From Ranitomeya imitator (Eukaryota), in NCBI RefSeq assembly GCF_032444005.1, contig NC_091285.1:675056001-675120000 (forward strand): a DNA stretch of 64,000 nucleotides, written 5' to 3'. The notes beneath the pieces are model-generated. The model did not search any database, was not told the origin of the DNA, and saw nothing but the letters and a program-made list of their open reading frames with translations. This document shows positions 10,861 through 25,800 of the stretch, one piece after another. The position numbers were made by a program, and so were the translations under genes. The first letter of the stretch is position 1; each line of letters opens with the position of its first letter.

Positions 10861-13800
10861 ATGTGACCACTACCCCCATCATCCCCGGTGTACCACTACC
10901 CCCATCATCCCCGGTGTACCACTACCCCCATCATCCCCCTATCCCCGGTGTACCACTACCCCCGTCATCCCCCTAGCCCCGGTGTACCACTACCCCCATC
11001 ATCCCCCTATCCCCGGTCTACCACTACCCCCGTCATCCCCCTAGCCCCGGTGTACCACTACCCCCATCATCCCCCTATCCCCGTTGTACCACTACCCCCA
11101 TCATCCCCCTATCCCCGGTCTACCACTACCCCCATCATCCCCCTAGCTCCGGTGTACCACTACCCCCATCATCCCCCTATCCCCGGTGTACCACTACCCC
11201 CATCATCCCCCTAGCTCCGGTGTACCACTACCCCCATCATCCCCCTATCCCCGGTGTACCACTACCCCCATCATCCCCCTATCCCCGGTCTACCACTACC
11301 CCCATCATCCCCCTAGCTCCGGTGTACCACTACCCCCATCATCCCCCTATCCCCGGTGTACCACTACCCCCATCATCCCCGGTGTACCACTACCCCCATC
11401 ATCCCCCTATCCCCGGTGTACCACTACCCCCGTCATCCCCCTAGCTCCGGTGTACCACTACCCCCATCATCCCCCTATCCCCGGTGTACCACTACCCCCA
11501 TCATCCCCCTATCCCCGGTCTACCACTACCCCCATCATCCCCCTAGCTCCGGTGTACCACTACCCCCATCATCCCCCTATCCCCGGTGTACCACTACCCC
11601 CATCATCCCCCTAGCCCCGGTGTACCACTACCCCCATCATCCCCCTAACCCCGGTCTACCACTACCCCCATCATCCCCCTAGCTCCGGTCTACCACTACC
11701 CCCGTCATCCCCCTAGCCCCGGTGTACCACTACCCCCATCATCCCCCTATCCCCGGTCTACCACTACCCCCATCATCCCCCTATCCCCGGTCTACCACTA
11801 CCCCCGTCATCCCCCTAGCCCCGGTCTACCACTACCCCCATCATCCCCCTATCCCCGGTCTACCACTACCCCCATCATCCCCCTATCCCCGGTCTACCAC
11901 TACCCCCATCATCCCCCTATCCCCGGTCTACCACTACCCCCATCATCCCCCTATCCCCGGTCTACCACTACCCCCATCATCCCCCTATCCCCGGTCTACC
12001 ACTACCCCCGTCATCCCCCTAGCGCCGGTCTACCACTACCCCCATCATCCCCCTATCCCCGGTCTACCACTACCCCCGTCATCCCCCTATCCCCGGTCTA
12101 CCACTACCCCCGTCATCCCCCTATCCCCGGTCTACCACTACCCCCATCATCCCCCTATCCCCGGTCTACCACTACCCCCATCATCCCCCTATCCCCGGTC
12201 TACCACTACCCCCATCATCCCCCTATCCCCGTTGTACCACTACCCCCATCATCCCCCTATCCCCGGTCTACCACTACCCCCATCATCCCCCTAGCTCCGG
12301 TGTACCACTACCCCATCATCCCCCTATCCCCGGTGTACCACTACCCCCATCATCCCCCTATCCCCGGTGTACCACTACCCCCATCATCCCCCTATCCCCG
12401 GTGTACCACTACCCCCATCATCCCCCTATCCCCGGTGTACCACTACCCCCATCATCCCCCTATCCCCGGTCTACCACTACCCCCATCATCCCCCTATCCC
12501 CGGTCTACCACTACCCCCATCATCCCCCTAGCTCCGGTGTACCACTACCCCCATCATCCCCCTATCCCCGGTGTACCACTACCCCATCATCCCCCTATCC
12601 CCGGTGTACCACTACCCCCATCATCCCCCTAGCCCCGATGTACCACTACCCCCGTCATCCCCCTAGCCCCGGTGTACCACTACCCCCGTCATCCCCCTAG
12701 CCCCGGTGTACCACTACCCCCATCATCCCCCTATCCCCGGTGTACCACTACCCCCGTCATCCCCCTATCCCCGGTGTACCACTACCCCCATCATCCCCCT
12801 AGCCCCGGTGTACCACTACCCCCATCATCCCCCTATCCCCGGTGTACCACTACCCCCATCATCCCCCTATCCCCGGTGTACCACTACCCCCGTCATCCCC
12901 CTAGCCCCGGTGTACCACTACCCCCATCATCCCCCTATCCCCGGTGTACCACTACCCCGTCATCCCCCTAGCCCCGGTGTACCACTACCCCCATCATCCC
13001 CCTAGCCCCGGTGTACCACTACCCCCATCATCCCCCTAGCCCCGGTGTACCACTACCCCCATCATCCCCCTATCCCCGGTGTACCACTACCCCCGTCATC
13101 CCCCTAGCCCCGGTGTACCACTACCCCCATCATCCACCTATCCCCGGTGTACCACTACCCCCATCATCCCCCTATCCCCGGTGTACCACTACCCCCGTCA
13201 TCCCCCTAGCCCCGGTGTACCACTACCCCCATCATCCCCCTATCCCCGGTGTACCACTACCCCCGTCATCCCCCTAGCCCCGGTGTACCACTACCCCCAT
13301 CATCCACCTATCCCCGGTGTACCACTACCCCCATCATCCCCCTATCCCCGGTGTACCACTACCCCCGTCATCCCCCTAGCCCCGGTGTACCACTACCCCC
13401 ATCATCCCCCTAGCCCCGGTGTACCACTACCCCCGTCATCCCCCTAGCCCCGGTGTACCACTACCCCCATCATCCCCGGTGTACCACTACCCCCATCATC
13501 CCCCTAGCCCCGGTGTACCACTACCCCCATCATCCCCCTATCCCCGGTGTACCACTACCCCCATCATCCCCCTAGCCCCGGTGTACCACTACCCCCGTCA
13601 TCCCCCTAGCCCCGGTGTACCACTACCCCCATCATCCCCCTATCCCCGGTGTACCACTACCCCCGTCATCCCCCTAGCCCCGGTGTACCACTACCCCCGT
13701 CATCCCCCTAGCCCCGGTGTACCACTACCCCCGTCATCCCCCTAGCCCCGGTGTACCACTACCCCCATCATCCCCGGTGTACCACTACCCCCATCATCCC

Positions 13801-16800
13801 CCTAGCCCCGGTGTACCACTACCCCCATCATCCCCCTATCCCCGGTCTACCACTACCCCCGTCATCCCCGGTGTACCACTACCCCCGTCATCCCCGGTGT
13901 ACCACTACCCCCATCATCCCCGGTGTACCACTACCCCCATCATCCCCCTAGCCCCGGTCTACCACTACCCCCGTCATCCCCCTAGCCCCGGTGTACCACT
14001 ACCCCCGTCATCCCCCTAGCCCCGGTGTACCACTACCCCCGTCATCCCCCTAGCCCCGGTGTACCACTACCCCCATCATCCCCGGTGTACCACTACCCCC
14101 ATCATCCCCCTATCCCCGGTGTACCACTACCCCCATCATCCCCCTATCCCCGGTGTACCACTACCCCCATCATCCCCCTATCCCCGGTGTACCACTACCC
14201 CCGTCATCCCCCTAGCCCCGGTGTACCACTACCCCCATCATCCCCCTATCCCCGGTCTACCACTACCCCCGTCATCCCCGGTGTACCACTACCCCCGTCA
14301 TCCCCGGTGTACCACTACCCCCATCATCCCCGGTGTACCACTACCCCCATCATCCCCCTAGCCCCGTGTACCACTACCCCCATCATCCCCCTATCCCCGG
14401 TCTACCACTACCCCCATCATCCCCGGTGTACCACTACCCCCATCATCCGCCTAGCCCCGTTGTACCACTACCCCTGTCATCCCTCTAGCCCTGGTGTACC
14501 ACTACCCCCATCATCCCCGGTGTACCACTACCCCCGTCATCCCCCTAGCCCCGGTGTACCACTACCCCCGTCATCCCCCTAGCCCCGGTGTACCACTACC
14601 CCCATCATCCCCCTATCCCCGGTCTACCACTACCCCCATCATCCCCCTATCCCCGGTCTACCACTACCCCCGTCATCCCCCTAGCCCCGGTCTACCACTA
14701 CCCCCATCATCCCCCTAGCCCCGGTCTACCACTACCCCCGTCATCCCCCTAGCCCCGGTCTACCACTACCCCCGTCATCCCCCTAGCCCCGGTGTAACAC
14801 TACCCCCGTCATCCCCCTAGCCCCGGTGTACCACTACCCCCGTCATCCCCCTAGCCCCGGTGTACCACTACCCCCATCATCCCCCTATCCCCGGTGTACC
14901 ACTACCCCCATCATCCCCCTATCCCCGGTGTACCACTACCCCCGTCATCCCCCTAGCCCCGGTGTACCACTACCCCCATCATCCCCCTAGCCCCGGTGTA
15001 CCACTACCCCCATCATCCCCCTATCCCCGGTCTACCACTACCCCCGTCATCCCCCTAGCCCCGGTGTACCACTACCCCCGTCATCCCCGGTGTACCACTA
15101 CCCCCATCATCCCCGGTGTACCACTACCCCCATCATCCCCCTAGCCCCGTGTACCACTACCCCCATCATCCCCCTATCCCCGGTCTACCACTACCCCCAT
15201 CATCCCCGGTGTACCACTACCCCCGTCATCCCCCTAGCCCCGGTGTACCACTACCCCCATCATCCCCGGTGTACCACTACCCCCATCATCCCCGGTGTAC
15301 CACTACCCCCATCATCCCCCTAGCCCCGTTGTACCACTACCCCCGTCATCCCCCTATCCCCGGTGTACCACTACCCCCATCATCCCCCTAGCCCCGGTGT
15401 ACCACTACCCCCGTCATCCCCCTAGCCCCGGTGTACCACTACCCCCATCATCCCCCTATCCCCGGTGTACCACTACCCCCATCATCCCCGGTGTACCACT
15501 ACCCCCATCATCCCCCTAGCCCCGGTGTACCACTACCCCCATCATCCGCCTAGCCCCGTTGTACCACTACCCCTGTCATCCCTCTAGCCCTGGTGTACCA
15601 CTACCCCCATCATCCCCGGTGTACCACTACCCCCGTCATCCCCCTAGCCCCGGTGTACCACTACCCCCGTCATCCCCGGTGTACCACTACCCCCATCATC
15701 CCCCTATCCCCGGTCTACCACTACCCCCGTCATCCCCCTAGCCCCGGTGTACCACTACCCCCGTCATCCCCGGTGTACCACTACCCCCATCATCCCCGGT
15801 GTACCACTACCCCCGTCATCCCCCTAGCCCCGGTGTACCACTACCCCCATCATCCCCGGTGTACCACTACCCCCATCATCCCCCTATCCCCGGTCTACCA
15901 CTACCCCCGTCATCCCCCTAGCCCCGGTGTACCACTACCCCCGTCATCCCCCTAGCCCCGGTGTACCACTACCCCCGTCATCCCCCTAGCCCCGGTGTAC
16001 CACTACCCCCGTCATCCCCCTAGCCCCGGTGTACCACTACCCCCATCATCCCCCTAGCCCCGGTGTACCACTACCCCCATCATCCCCCTATCCCCGGTGT
16101 ACCACTACCCCCATCATCCCCCTATCCCCGGTGTACCACTACCCCCGTCATCCCCCTAGCCCCGGTGTACCACTACCCCCGTCATCCCCCTAGCCCCGTT
16201 GTACCACTACCCCCATCATCCCCCTATCCCCGGTGTACCACTACCCCCATCATCCCCCTAGCCCCGGTGTACCACTACCCCCGTCATCCCCCTAGCCCTG
16301 TTGTACCACTACCCCCATCATCCCCCTAGCCCCGGTGTACCACTACCCCCATCATCCCCGGTGTACCACTACCCCCGTCATCCCCCTAGCCCCGTTGTAC
16401 CACTACCCCCATCATCCCCCTAGCCCCGGTGTACCACTACCCCCATCATCCCCCTAGCCCCGGTGTACCACTACCCCCATCATCCCCCTAGCCCCGGTGT
16501 ACCACTACCCCCATCATCCCCCTAGCCCCGGTGTACCACTACCCCCGTCATCCCCCTAGCCCTGTTGTACCACTACCCCCATCATCCCCCTAGCCCCGGT
16601 GTACCACTACCCCCATCATCCCCGGTGTACCACTACCCCCGTCATCCCCCTAGCCCCGTTGTACCACTACCCCCGGTGTACCACTACCCCCATCATCCCC
16701 CTATCCCCGGTGTACCACTACCCCCATCATCCCCCTAGCCCCGGTGTACCACTACCCCCGTCATCCCCCTAGCCCTGTTGTACCACTACCCCCATCATCC

Positions 16801-19800
16801 CCCTAGCCCCGGTGTACCACTACCCCCATCATCCCCCTAGCCCCGGTGTACCACTACCCCCGTCATCCCCCTAGCCCCGGTGTACCACTACCCCCGTCAT
16901 CCCCCTAGCCCCGGTGTACCACTACCCCCATCATCCCCCTATCCCCGGTGTACCACTACCCCCATCATCCCCGGTGTACCACTACCCCCGTCATCCCCCT
17001 AGCCCCGTTGTACCACTACCCCCATCATCCCCCTAGCCCCGGTGTACCACTACCCCCATCATCCCCCTAGCCCCGGTGTACCACTACCCCCGTCATCCCC
17101 CTAGCCCCGGTGTACCACTACCCCCATCATCCCCCTATCCCCGGTGTACCACTACCCCCATCATCCCCCTAGCCCCGTTGTACCACTACCCTCATCATCC
17201 CCCTAGCCCCGGTGTACCACTACCCCCATCATCCCCGGTGTACCACTACCCCCGTCATCCCCCTAGCCCCGTTGTACCACTACCCCTGTCATCGCTCTAG
17301 CTCTGGTGTACCACTACCCCCATCATCCCCCTAGCCCCGGTGTACCACTACCCCCATCATCCCCCTAGCCCCGGTGTACCACTACCCCCGTCATCCCCCT
17401 AGCCCCGGTGTACCACTACCCCCGTCATCCCCCTAGCCCCGGTGTACCACTACCCCCGTCATCCCCCTAGCCCCGGTGTACCACTACCCCCATCATCCCC
17501 CTAGCCCCGGTGTACCACTACCCCCGTCATCCCCCTAGCCCCGGTGTACCACTACCCCCTTCATCCCCCTATCCCCGGTGTACCACTACCCCCATCATCC
17601 CCCTATCCCCGGTGTACCACTACCCCCGTCATCCCCCTAGCCCCGGTGTACCACTACCCCCGTCATCCCCCTAGCCCCGGTGTACCACTACCCCCGTCAT
17701 CCCCCTAGCCCCGGTGTACCACTACCCCTGTCATCCCCCTAGCCCCGGTGTACCACTACCCCCGTCATCCCCCTAGCCCCGGTGTACCACTACCCCTGTC
17801 ATCCCCCTAGCCCCGGTGTACCACTACCCCCATCATCCCCCTATCCCCGGTGTACCACTACCCCCGTCATCCCCCTAGCCCCGGTCTACCACTACCCCCA
17901 TCATCCCCCTATCCCCGGTGTACCACTACCCCCGTCATCCCCCTAGCCCCGGTCTACCACTACCCCCGTCATCCCCCTAGCCCCGTTGTACCACTACCCC
18001 CGTCATCCCCCTAGCCCTGGTGTACCATTACCCCCATCATCCCCCTATCCCCGGTGTACCACTACCCCCATCATCCCCCTAGCCCCGTTGTACCACTACC
18101 CCCATCATCCCCCTAGCCCCGTTGTACCACTACCCCCATCATCCCCCTAGCCCCGGTGTACCACTACCCCCATCATCCCCCTAGCCCCGGTGTACCACTA
18201 CCCCCATCATCCCCGGTGTACCACTACCCCCGTCATCCCCCTAGCCCCGTTGTACCACTACCCCTGTCATCGCTCTAGCCCTGGTGTACCACTACCCCCA
18301 TCATCCCCCTAGCCCCGGTGTACCACTACCCCCGTCATCCCCCTAGCCCCGGTGTACCACTACCCCCGTCATCCCCCTAGCCCCGGTGTACCACTACCCC
18401 CGTCATCCCCCTAGCCCCGGTGTACCACTACCCCCGTCATCCCCCTAGCCCCGGTGTACCACTACCCCCGTCATCCCCCTAGCCCCGGTGTACCACTACC
18501 CCCATCATCCCCCTAGCCCCGGTGTACCACTACCCCCGTCATCCCCCTAGCCCCGGTGTACCACTACCCCCGTCATCCCCCTAGCCCCGGTGTACCACTA
18601 CCCCCGTCATCCCCCTAGCTCCGGTGTACCACTACCCCCATCATCCCCCTAGCCCCGGTGTACCACTACCCCCATCATCCCCCTAGCTCCGGTGTACCAC
18701 TACCCCCATCATCCCCCTAGCCCCGGTGTACCACTACCCCCATCATCCCCCTAGCCCCGGTGTACCACTACCCCCATCATCCCCCTAGCCCCGGTGTACC
18801 ACTACCCCCATCATCCCCCTAGCCCCGGTGTACCACTACCCCCATCATCCCCCTAGCCCCGGTGTACCACTACCCCCATCATCCCCCTAGCCCCGGTGTA
18901 CCACTACCCCCATCATCCCCCTAGCCCCGGTGTACCACTACCCCCATCATCCCCCTAGCCCCGGTGTACCACTACCCCCATCATCCCCCTAGCCCCGGTG
19001 TACCACTACCCCCATCATCCCCCTAGCCCCGGTGTACCACTACCCCCATCATCCCCCTAGCCCCGGTGTACCACTACCCCCATCAGGAGCAGGTTTTGTG
19101 ACGCTGTTTCCTCTGATTTCAGGCCTCCTCTGCTGCAGTCTCCGGCCTCCTCAGCTGCTGTAACTCTCACCTGCTGTCTGCAGCCACCCGGTATGTACCT
19201 GCGGTGGCGCGCCCGTTTGCCCCGTGCCCGCCGCTGCCCCCTATGTCCCCCGCCGTGTGCTGATCTGTGGGTGTCTTGCAGGACTGAGGGGCTGTCGCTG
19301 CTCTCGCTGGTTGTGGAGGAGTCCTGCACAGATGTGTTCCAGCAGCACTGTGTCTCCTGGATCCGCAGCGTCCTGCAGGTCATACAGGTGAGGTGCCGGG
19401 TGGTCTGTAGCCATGGTGACTGCTGGGCGGTCTGTAACCATGGCAATATATAGGTGTGTGTATACAGTAGTTCCACAGGTCCCTGTGTCGCCCAGGCCTG
19501 ACTCTTCCTGTCCTCGGTAAGTGTGTGGGTCACCGCCTCTGATTTGGCCCGTTCTCCCCATATCCTGAAATGCTCTGTGCTGCGGGTGTGTGTGCCGCGG
19601 GGGGGGGGGGGGGGAAGGGCTGTGCCGCAGGGGGCCGTGCCGCGGTGACTGCAGGTGATGAGCGTCCGACTCTTCTTTCAGAGTGGAACAGACGTGGATG
19701 AAGAGGAGATGAAGCGCTGCGCCCTGCAGGTGCTCTGTCCGGGGTCTCCTCACTGGGCTCGGGGTCTCCCACCACTCTCTAGTCCAGCACTGGGTGCTGT

Positions 19801-22800
19801 GCCGGGGTGACCAGTGTCTGCAGAGCCCCCATTTTACCTTGTGGCTTCCCTCTTCCCACAGTCTCCGGACCCCCCGCGGGTGGTCAGCATGGCAGTGTTT
19901 GTGCTCCGCTCTCTCCTCGCCCACTCCTCCGCCCTGCCCGAATTATCCAGAGAGATCTCCACCAATCACATCCCCGGACTCCTCACCTCCTTACTGGGCC
20001 TGAGGCGTCAGGTGAGTGCGGCGGCGGCGGGCTGGCGGGGGTGCGACATGTGACTCCTGATCAGAGTCTTTAATGCGACCTTTATCTCCTAGTGTCTGAT
20101 GCCTGCACTGGAAGGAATCCGCTCCTGCCTGATCTCCTACCCCCGGGCCTGTGGGTCACTGCGGGTAAGTGTGCGTCTGGGGGCCGCTCACACCGTCATC
20201 ACTGTAAGGGTGGGAGAAGACACAAGTCCATCAATTACACCTGTGACCCAACGTATTCATACAGACGACGGCAGATCCTAAATGTCCCATAATAGCCGAA
20301 ACTACCAACTCCACATAGGGGATCAGACAAGCTCCCTGTACAGCGCCCCCCACAGGATTCAGTGCCCGTAACCTGTATCATAAAGGCATCCAGGCGCTAC
20401 TGTAGAGAATCAGACATTACATCATGTGGTAGAGGAGTCCATAGTGTCGCTGCTCGTACGGTAAAGAATCCATAGTCTCACTGCTCGTACGGTAAATAAT
20501 CCATAGTGTCACTGCTCGTATGGTAAAGAATCCATAGTGTCGCTGCTCGTACGGTAAAGAATCCATAGTCTCACTGCTCGTACGGTAAATAATCCATAGT
20601 CTCACTGCTCGTACGGTAAATAATCCATAGTGTCACTGCTCGTATGGTAAAGAATCCATAGTGTCGCTGCTCGTACGGTAAATAATCCATAGTCTCACTG
20701 CTCGTACGGTAAATAATCCATAGTCTCACTGCTCGTACGGTAAATAATCCATAGTCTCACTGCTCGTACGGTAAATAATCCATAGTGTCGCTGCTCGTTC
20801 GGTAAAGAATCCATAGTGTCACTGCTCGTACGGTAAAGAATCCATAGTGTCACTGCTCGTACGGTAAAGAATCCATAGTCTCACTGCTCGTACGGTAAAT
20901 AATCCATAGTGTCGCTGCTCGTTCGGTAAAGAATCCATAGTGTCACTGCTCGTACGGTAAAGAATCCATAGTGTCACTGCTCGTACGGTAAAGAATCCAT
21001 AGTCTCACTGCTCGTACGGTAAATAATCCATAGTGTCACTGCTCGTATGGTAAAGAATCCATAGTGTCGCTGCTCGTACGGTAAAGAATCCATAGTCTCA
21101 CTGCTCGTACGGTAAATAATCCATAGTCTCACTGCTCGTACGGTAAATAATCCATAGTCTCACTGCTCGTACGGTAAATAATCCATAGTCTCACTGCTCG
21201 TACGGTAAATAATCCATAGTCTCACTGCTCGTACGGTAAAGAATCCATAGTCTCACTGCTCGTACGGTAAATAATCCATAGTGTCGCTGCTCGTACGGTA
21301 AAGAATCCATAGTCTCACTGCTCGTTCGGTAAAGAATCCATAGTGTCACTGCTCGTACGGTAAAGAATCCATAGTGTCGCTGCTCGTACGGTAAAGAATC
21401 CATAGTGTCGCTGCTCGTACGGTAAAGAATCCATAGTGTCGCTGCTCGTACGGTAAAGAATCCATAGTGTCACTGCTCGTACGGTAAAGAATCCATAGTC
21501 TCACTGCTCGTACGGTAAAGAATCCATAGTGTCACTGCTCGTACGGTAAAGAATCCATAGTGTCATTGCTCGTACGGTAAAGAATCCATAGTCTCACTGC
21601 TCGTACGGTAAAGAATCCATAGTGTCACTGCTCGTATGGTAAAGAATCCATAGTGTCACTGCTCGTACGGTAAAGAATCCATAGTGTCACTGCTCGTACG
21701 GTAAAGAATCCTTAGTGTCACTGCTCGTACGGTAAAGAATCCATAGTGTCACTGCTCGTATGGTAAAGAATCCATAGTGTCACTGCTCGTACAGTTAACC
21801 CATGACGTTCTTGGCCTCGGCAGCAGCTGCCTGACACTGATCACTAGAGTGGAGTTTGCGTCCTCCCATACACATGTATGTCACCTTACCTCTCGCTCGG
21901 GGTTTTGGCTTCCAGATGAGGCCGAACTCCACATTCCAGGAGGAAGAATTTGGCCGCAATCTAAAAAATGTTTCCATGTCTTGTTCTGTATGACAGTATG
22001 GGACGTTAGAAGCTGCAAGAGGATTTTACTTTCCGCTCTTATCTCCCTTTTACAGACTCCAGTGGGATACAGGAGCTTTTCCTCATGTTATCGCCCATCA
22101 TACCAGTTAGTCTGTTCCTGTCATCTCACCTGTACAGCCTCCATACAGGAGCCTTTCCTCTTGTTATCATCCATCATATCCTCTCTACAGCCTCCATACA
22201 GGAGCTTTTCCTCATGTTTTCATCCATCATGTCATCTCTCTCCCTCTACAGCCTCCATACAGAAGCTTTTCCTCTTCTCACCCATCATGTCCTCTCTACA
22301 GCCTCCATACAGGAGCTTTTCCTCATGTTGTCATCCATCATGTCATCTCTCTCCCTCTACAGTCTCCATACAGGAGCTTTTCCTCTTCTCACCCATCATA
22401 TCCTCTCTACAGCCTCCATACAGGAGCTTTTCCTCTTCTCACCCATCATGCCCTCTCTACAGCCTCCATACAGGAGCTTTTCCTCTTCTCACCCATCATG
22501 CCCTCTCTACAGCCTCCATACAGGAGCTTTTCCTCTTCTCACCCATCATGCCCTCTCTACAGCCTCCATACAGGAGCTTTTCCTCTTCTCACCCATCATG
22601 TCCTCTGTACAGCCTCCATACAGGAGCCTTTCCTCTTATCACCCATCATGTCCTCTCTACAGGCTCCATACAGGAGCCTTTCCTCTTGTTATCATCTATC
22701 ATATCCTCTCTACAGCCTCCATACAGGAGCTTTTCCTCATGTTGTCATCCATCATGTCATCTCTCTCCCTCTACAGCCTCCATACAGAAGCTTTTCCTCT

Positions 22801-25800
22801 TCTCACCCATCATGTCCTCTCTACAGCCTCCATACAGAAGCTTTTCCTCTTGTTATCACCCATCATGTCCTCTCTACCTCTTATCAGTTATCCTCTTGTT
22901 ATCACATATTTCCCCCTGTCCATACGCTGTATTGTAGAGTTTCTGGCCTGGGGGTTTACAAAGAGGGGTTGAGGGTCCGTGTCGTGCTCTGGGCACAGCC
23001 CGGCGTGTGACTCCACACCCTCTTGCATTGTATTTTCTTACCTTTCCTGATGTCTCTCGGTTTCCAGACTTGCATGTATTACTATTTTTTTATTTTTTTT
23101 CTCTTAACCTTTCAGGGGAAGCTCACAGCGTTTTTTCTCAGTCTCCTGGATGAAGAAAATGTGGCAATCCAAGAGGTAACGATGTAGAAACCAGAGAGGA
23201 GAAACCATTCTCATCTTTCCACAGGTTCGGAGAAAGCTGTATAATGGGTGGCGGTCCGACCACTGGGATTTTGTGGTCTCCAAAATGAATGGAGCGACCA
23301 CCGCTGCAGTCACATCTGTGCGTGTATCGGACTGGTGGTCATAAACCCATTTCATACTTGTGATTGGACCCCCCACTATTAGTCACCTACACTCTGGACA
23401 GGTGATGAATGGGAAAATCCCTTTCATTGAGGGTCATTAATACTAAATCACAAATATTAAATATTTGTGATGGTGTAATCTTCCAGACTTCTCGTTTCAT
23501 CCAAGGCAGCTGACATGTTAGAGAGCGGCGACTCCTCAGACCGCGGCGTCCCGGACGTACGTGTGTGCCCTGGTTGCGGGGGTACAGTCGCCCGCGGTAT
23601 GTTCAGGTTCTGCTGTAATATCCCGTGTCTGTGTCCGCAGCTCGCCTGCCAGTGCTTCTGTCTGCTGCCGACTCTGGGCTCCGGCTTCTCACAAGGCGTA
23701 AAACACACAGAGAACTGGGAGCGACAGATGCAGAGCGTCCTGTGCTCGCTGCACGCCGTGTTCCAGCAGTTGTACCAGGCGGCCGAGACCGGTGAGTGGA
23801 AATCCTCAGCCCCTCAAGCTCTTTACATTAGCTCCCCCCCGATCCTTATTACTTGGGACTGATTGGTGTAGCCATCATTTTGTTCTGCTGCGTTTCTTCT
23901 CCGCAGACACCACTCGCTACGAAGGTCCCGGCACGGAGCTGGAGCTCCCCGTCCTGGACGATGATGGGGCTTCCAGTATCCTCCAGCTGGTGAGGAGGTT
24001 CACCGCCCTAGCACAATGCGTCCGTCTGCTGTTGAGGTAAGGGTGCGGCCGAGTCTTCACTCCTTCCCGACATGTAACATACAAGTAGATCACACTTCTG
24101 GGCCGGGCGCATGGGGCATCAGCCTCTATCAGCAGCAACCGGAGCTCACCCCGATCGCTGCGGTTCAACCCCTTAAATGCTGCTGTCATACGTGTCACTG
24201 TCTCGACTTATCACATTGTACAGTACGGCGCAGATTGCAGGAACAGGGCCTCTGGGGGACAAACAAAATGAGGGAAAAGTAAAAATAACTTCTTAAAAAT
24301 CGTAAGTTTGAATTTTCACCTCATTTTCCCAATTAAATTTTTTTTTAATGGAGGGAAAAAAGGGATTATCTAAAAAAAAAAAATTATATATATATATATA
24401 TTTTTAGCTTCTTTTTATGTACTTTAGCTCATACGTGACCTATGACATATGTCATCGGTTGCCTCCCTCTGTTTGGGGCGAGCTCTGGCGCTGAGCCTGC
24501 ATCTTTCTTGGCTCATAACAGCTGATCTGTTATGTTAAATTTATTTAGATAATTTTAATAAACAGCGTGGGGACCCCTCTATTCTTCATAACCAGCCCTG
24601 CTGTAGCTGACAGCTGTGGGTTGCAGCCCCCAACTGAGTTTTGCCCGGCTGGTTATAGAAAATACAGGGGTACGCACGCCGTTTTTTTTTTCCCATTCAT
24701 TTATTTCTACCGCAGGCGTCCTGTGATGAATCCCCCTATCCGTCCCTCCTGCTGTCACTGTTATTAGCGGCAGCAGGGGGAGGCTGATGCGAGTAATAGT
24801 CTCATCAGCCGCCATCTGCTGTCTCTTTTATGACTTAAATGTAAGTCTAATCATTCTCCCCTGCTCGCGCTGATCGCCGGCAGCCATGTTCAGCACCCAG
24901 CACTGGGGAACAGCACTTACTGTAACGCTTCTTGCCCAGCGCCTATGTGTGTCACACAGATGAAATGTGTTATCCGTGTGCACATGTGCGGGACGTTTTG
25001 CGGCCTGTGTGGACATTAAAAAAAGGGACACACTGTCTGCGGAAAAACAGACGTGCACAGACCCATTCACTTCAATGGGTCTATGTGTGTCAGTGTCTCT
25101 GATATGTGTGAAAACGGTCACCACACGTAGCGGAGACACTGACGTGTGAAAGAGACCTAAATCTGGTATCACTGTAATCGCACCGACTGAAGAATAAAGT
25201 CATGTAATCACTTATACCGCACAAGGAATGGCATAAAAAAATAAATAAAACCATTTCTTCACCTACTGTTCCTTTTTTCATTCTGCCTCCCAAAGATCAC
25301 AGTAAAGCTCAGCACACATTTATCCTGCGCTCTGCCCGGAGCTCTTGCATCAGGGTTTCCGTGTAAATCGCTGAATTATGTGATTCAGACAGAACCCCGG
25401 TGGAAGATTCCCTATAATGAGGCAGATGGAGGCACGGTGGATGCCATAGGACCTGTGATCTTGCGGTGTCCGTCTTTTTAGGATTGCATAAAAGTGCAGT
25501 CGGCCACAGTTTTGCGCACTTCTGAAAAAGACACCGTGGAACAAAGGCCAGACTTAGTCTAGAGTAACTCTGCTGCCTCATTATAGTGAATGGATCCATC
25601 GGGGGTTTCTTCTGTCACATCACTCATAGATTTAGATGGAAACCCCAAAGTAAGTGCTCAGCGTAGAGCGCCGGATAACTGTGATCCCAAATGTTACGTA
25701 AAACAGGGGTGTCAAACTGCATTCCTCAAGGGCCGCAAACAGGTCATGTTTTCCGGATTTCCTTGTATTGCACAGGTGATAATTTAATCACATGCACAGA

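Noticed and set aside
10838-17300. Many Pro/His/Tyr-rich extensin-like ORFs
   Set aside because: They are translations of the 34-bp intron-1 array, with frame cycling every unit
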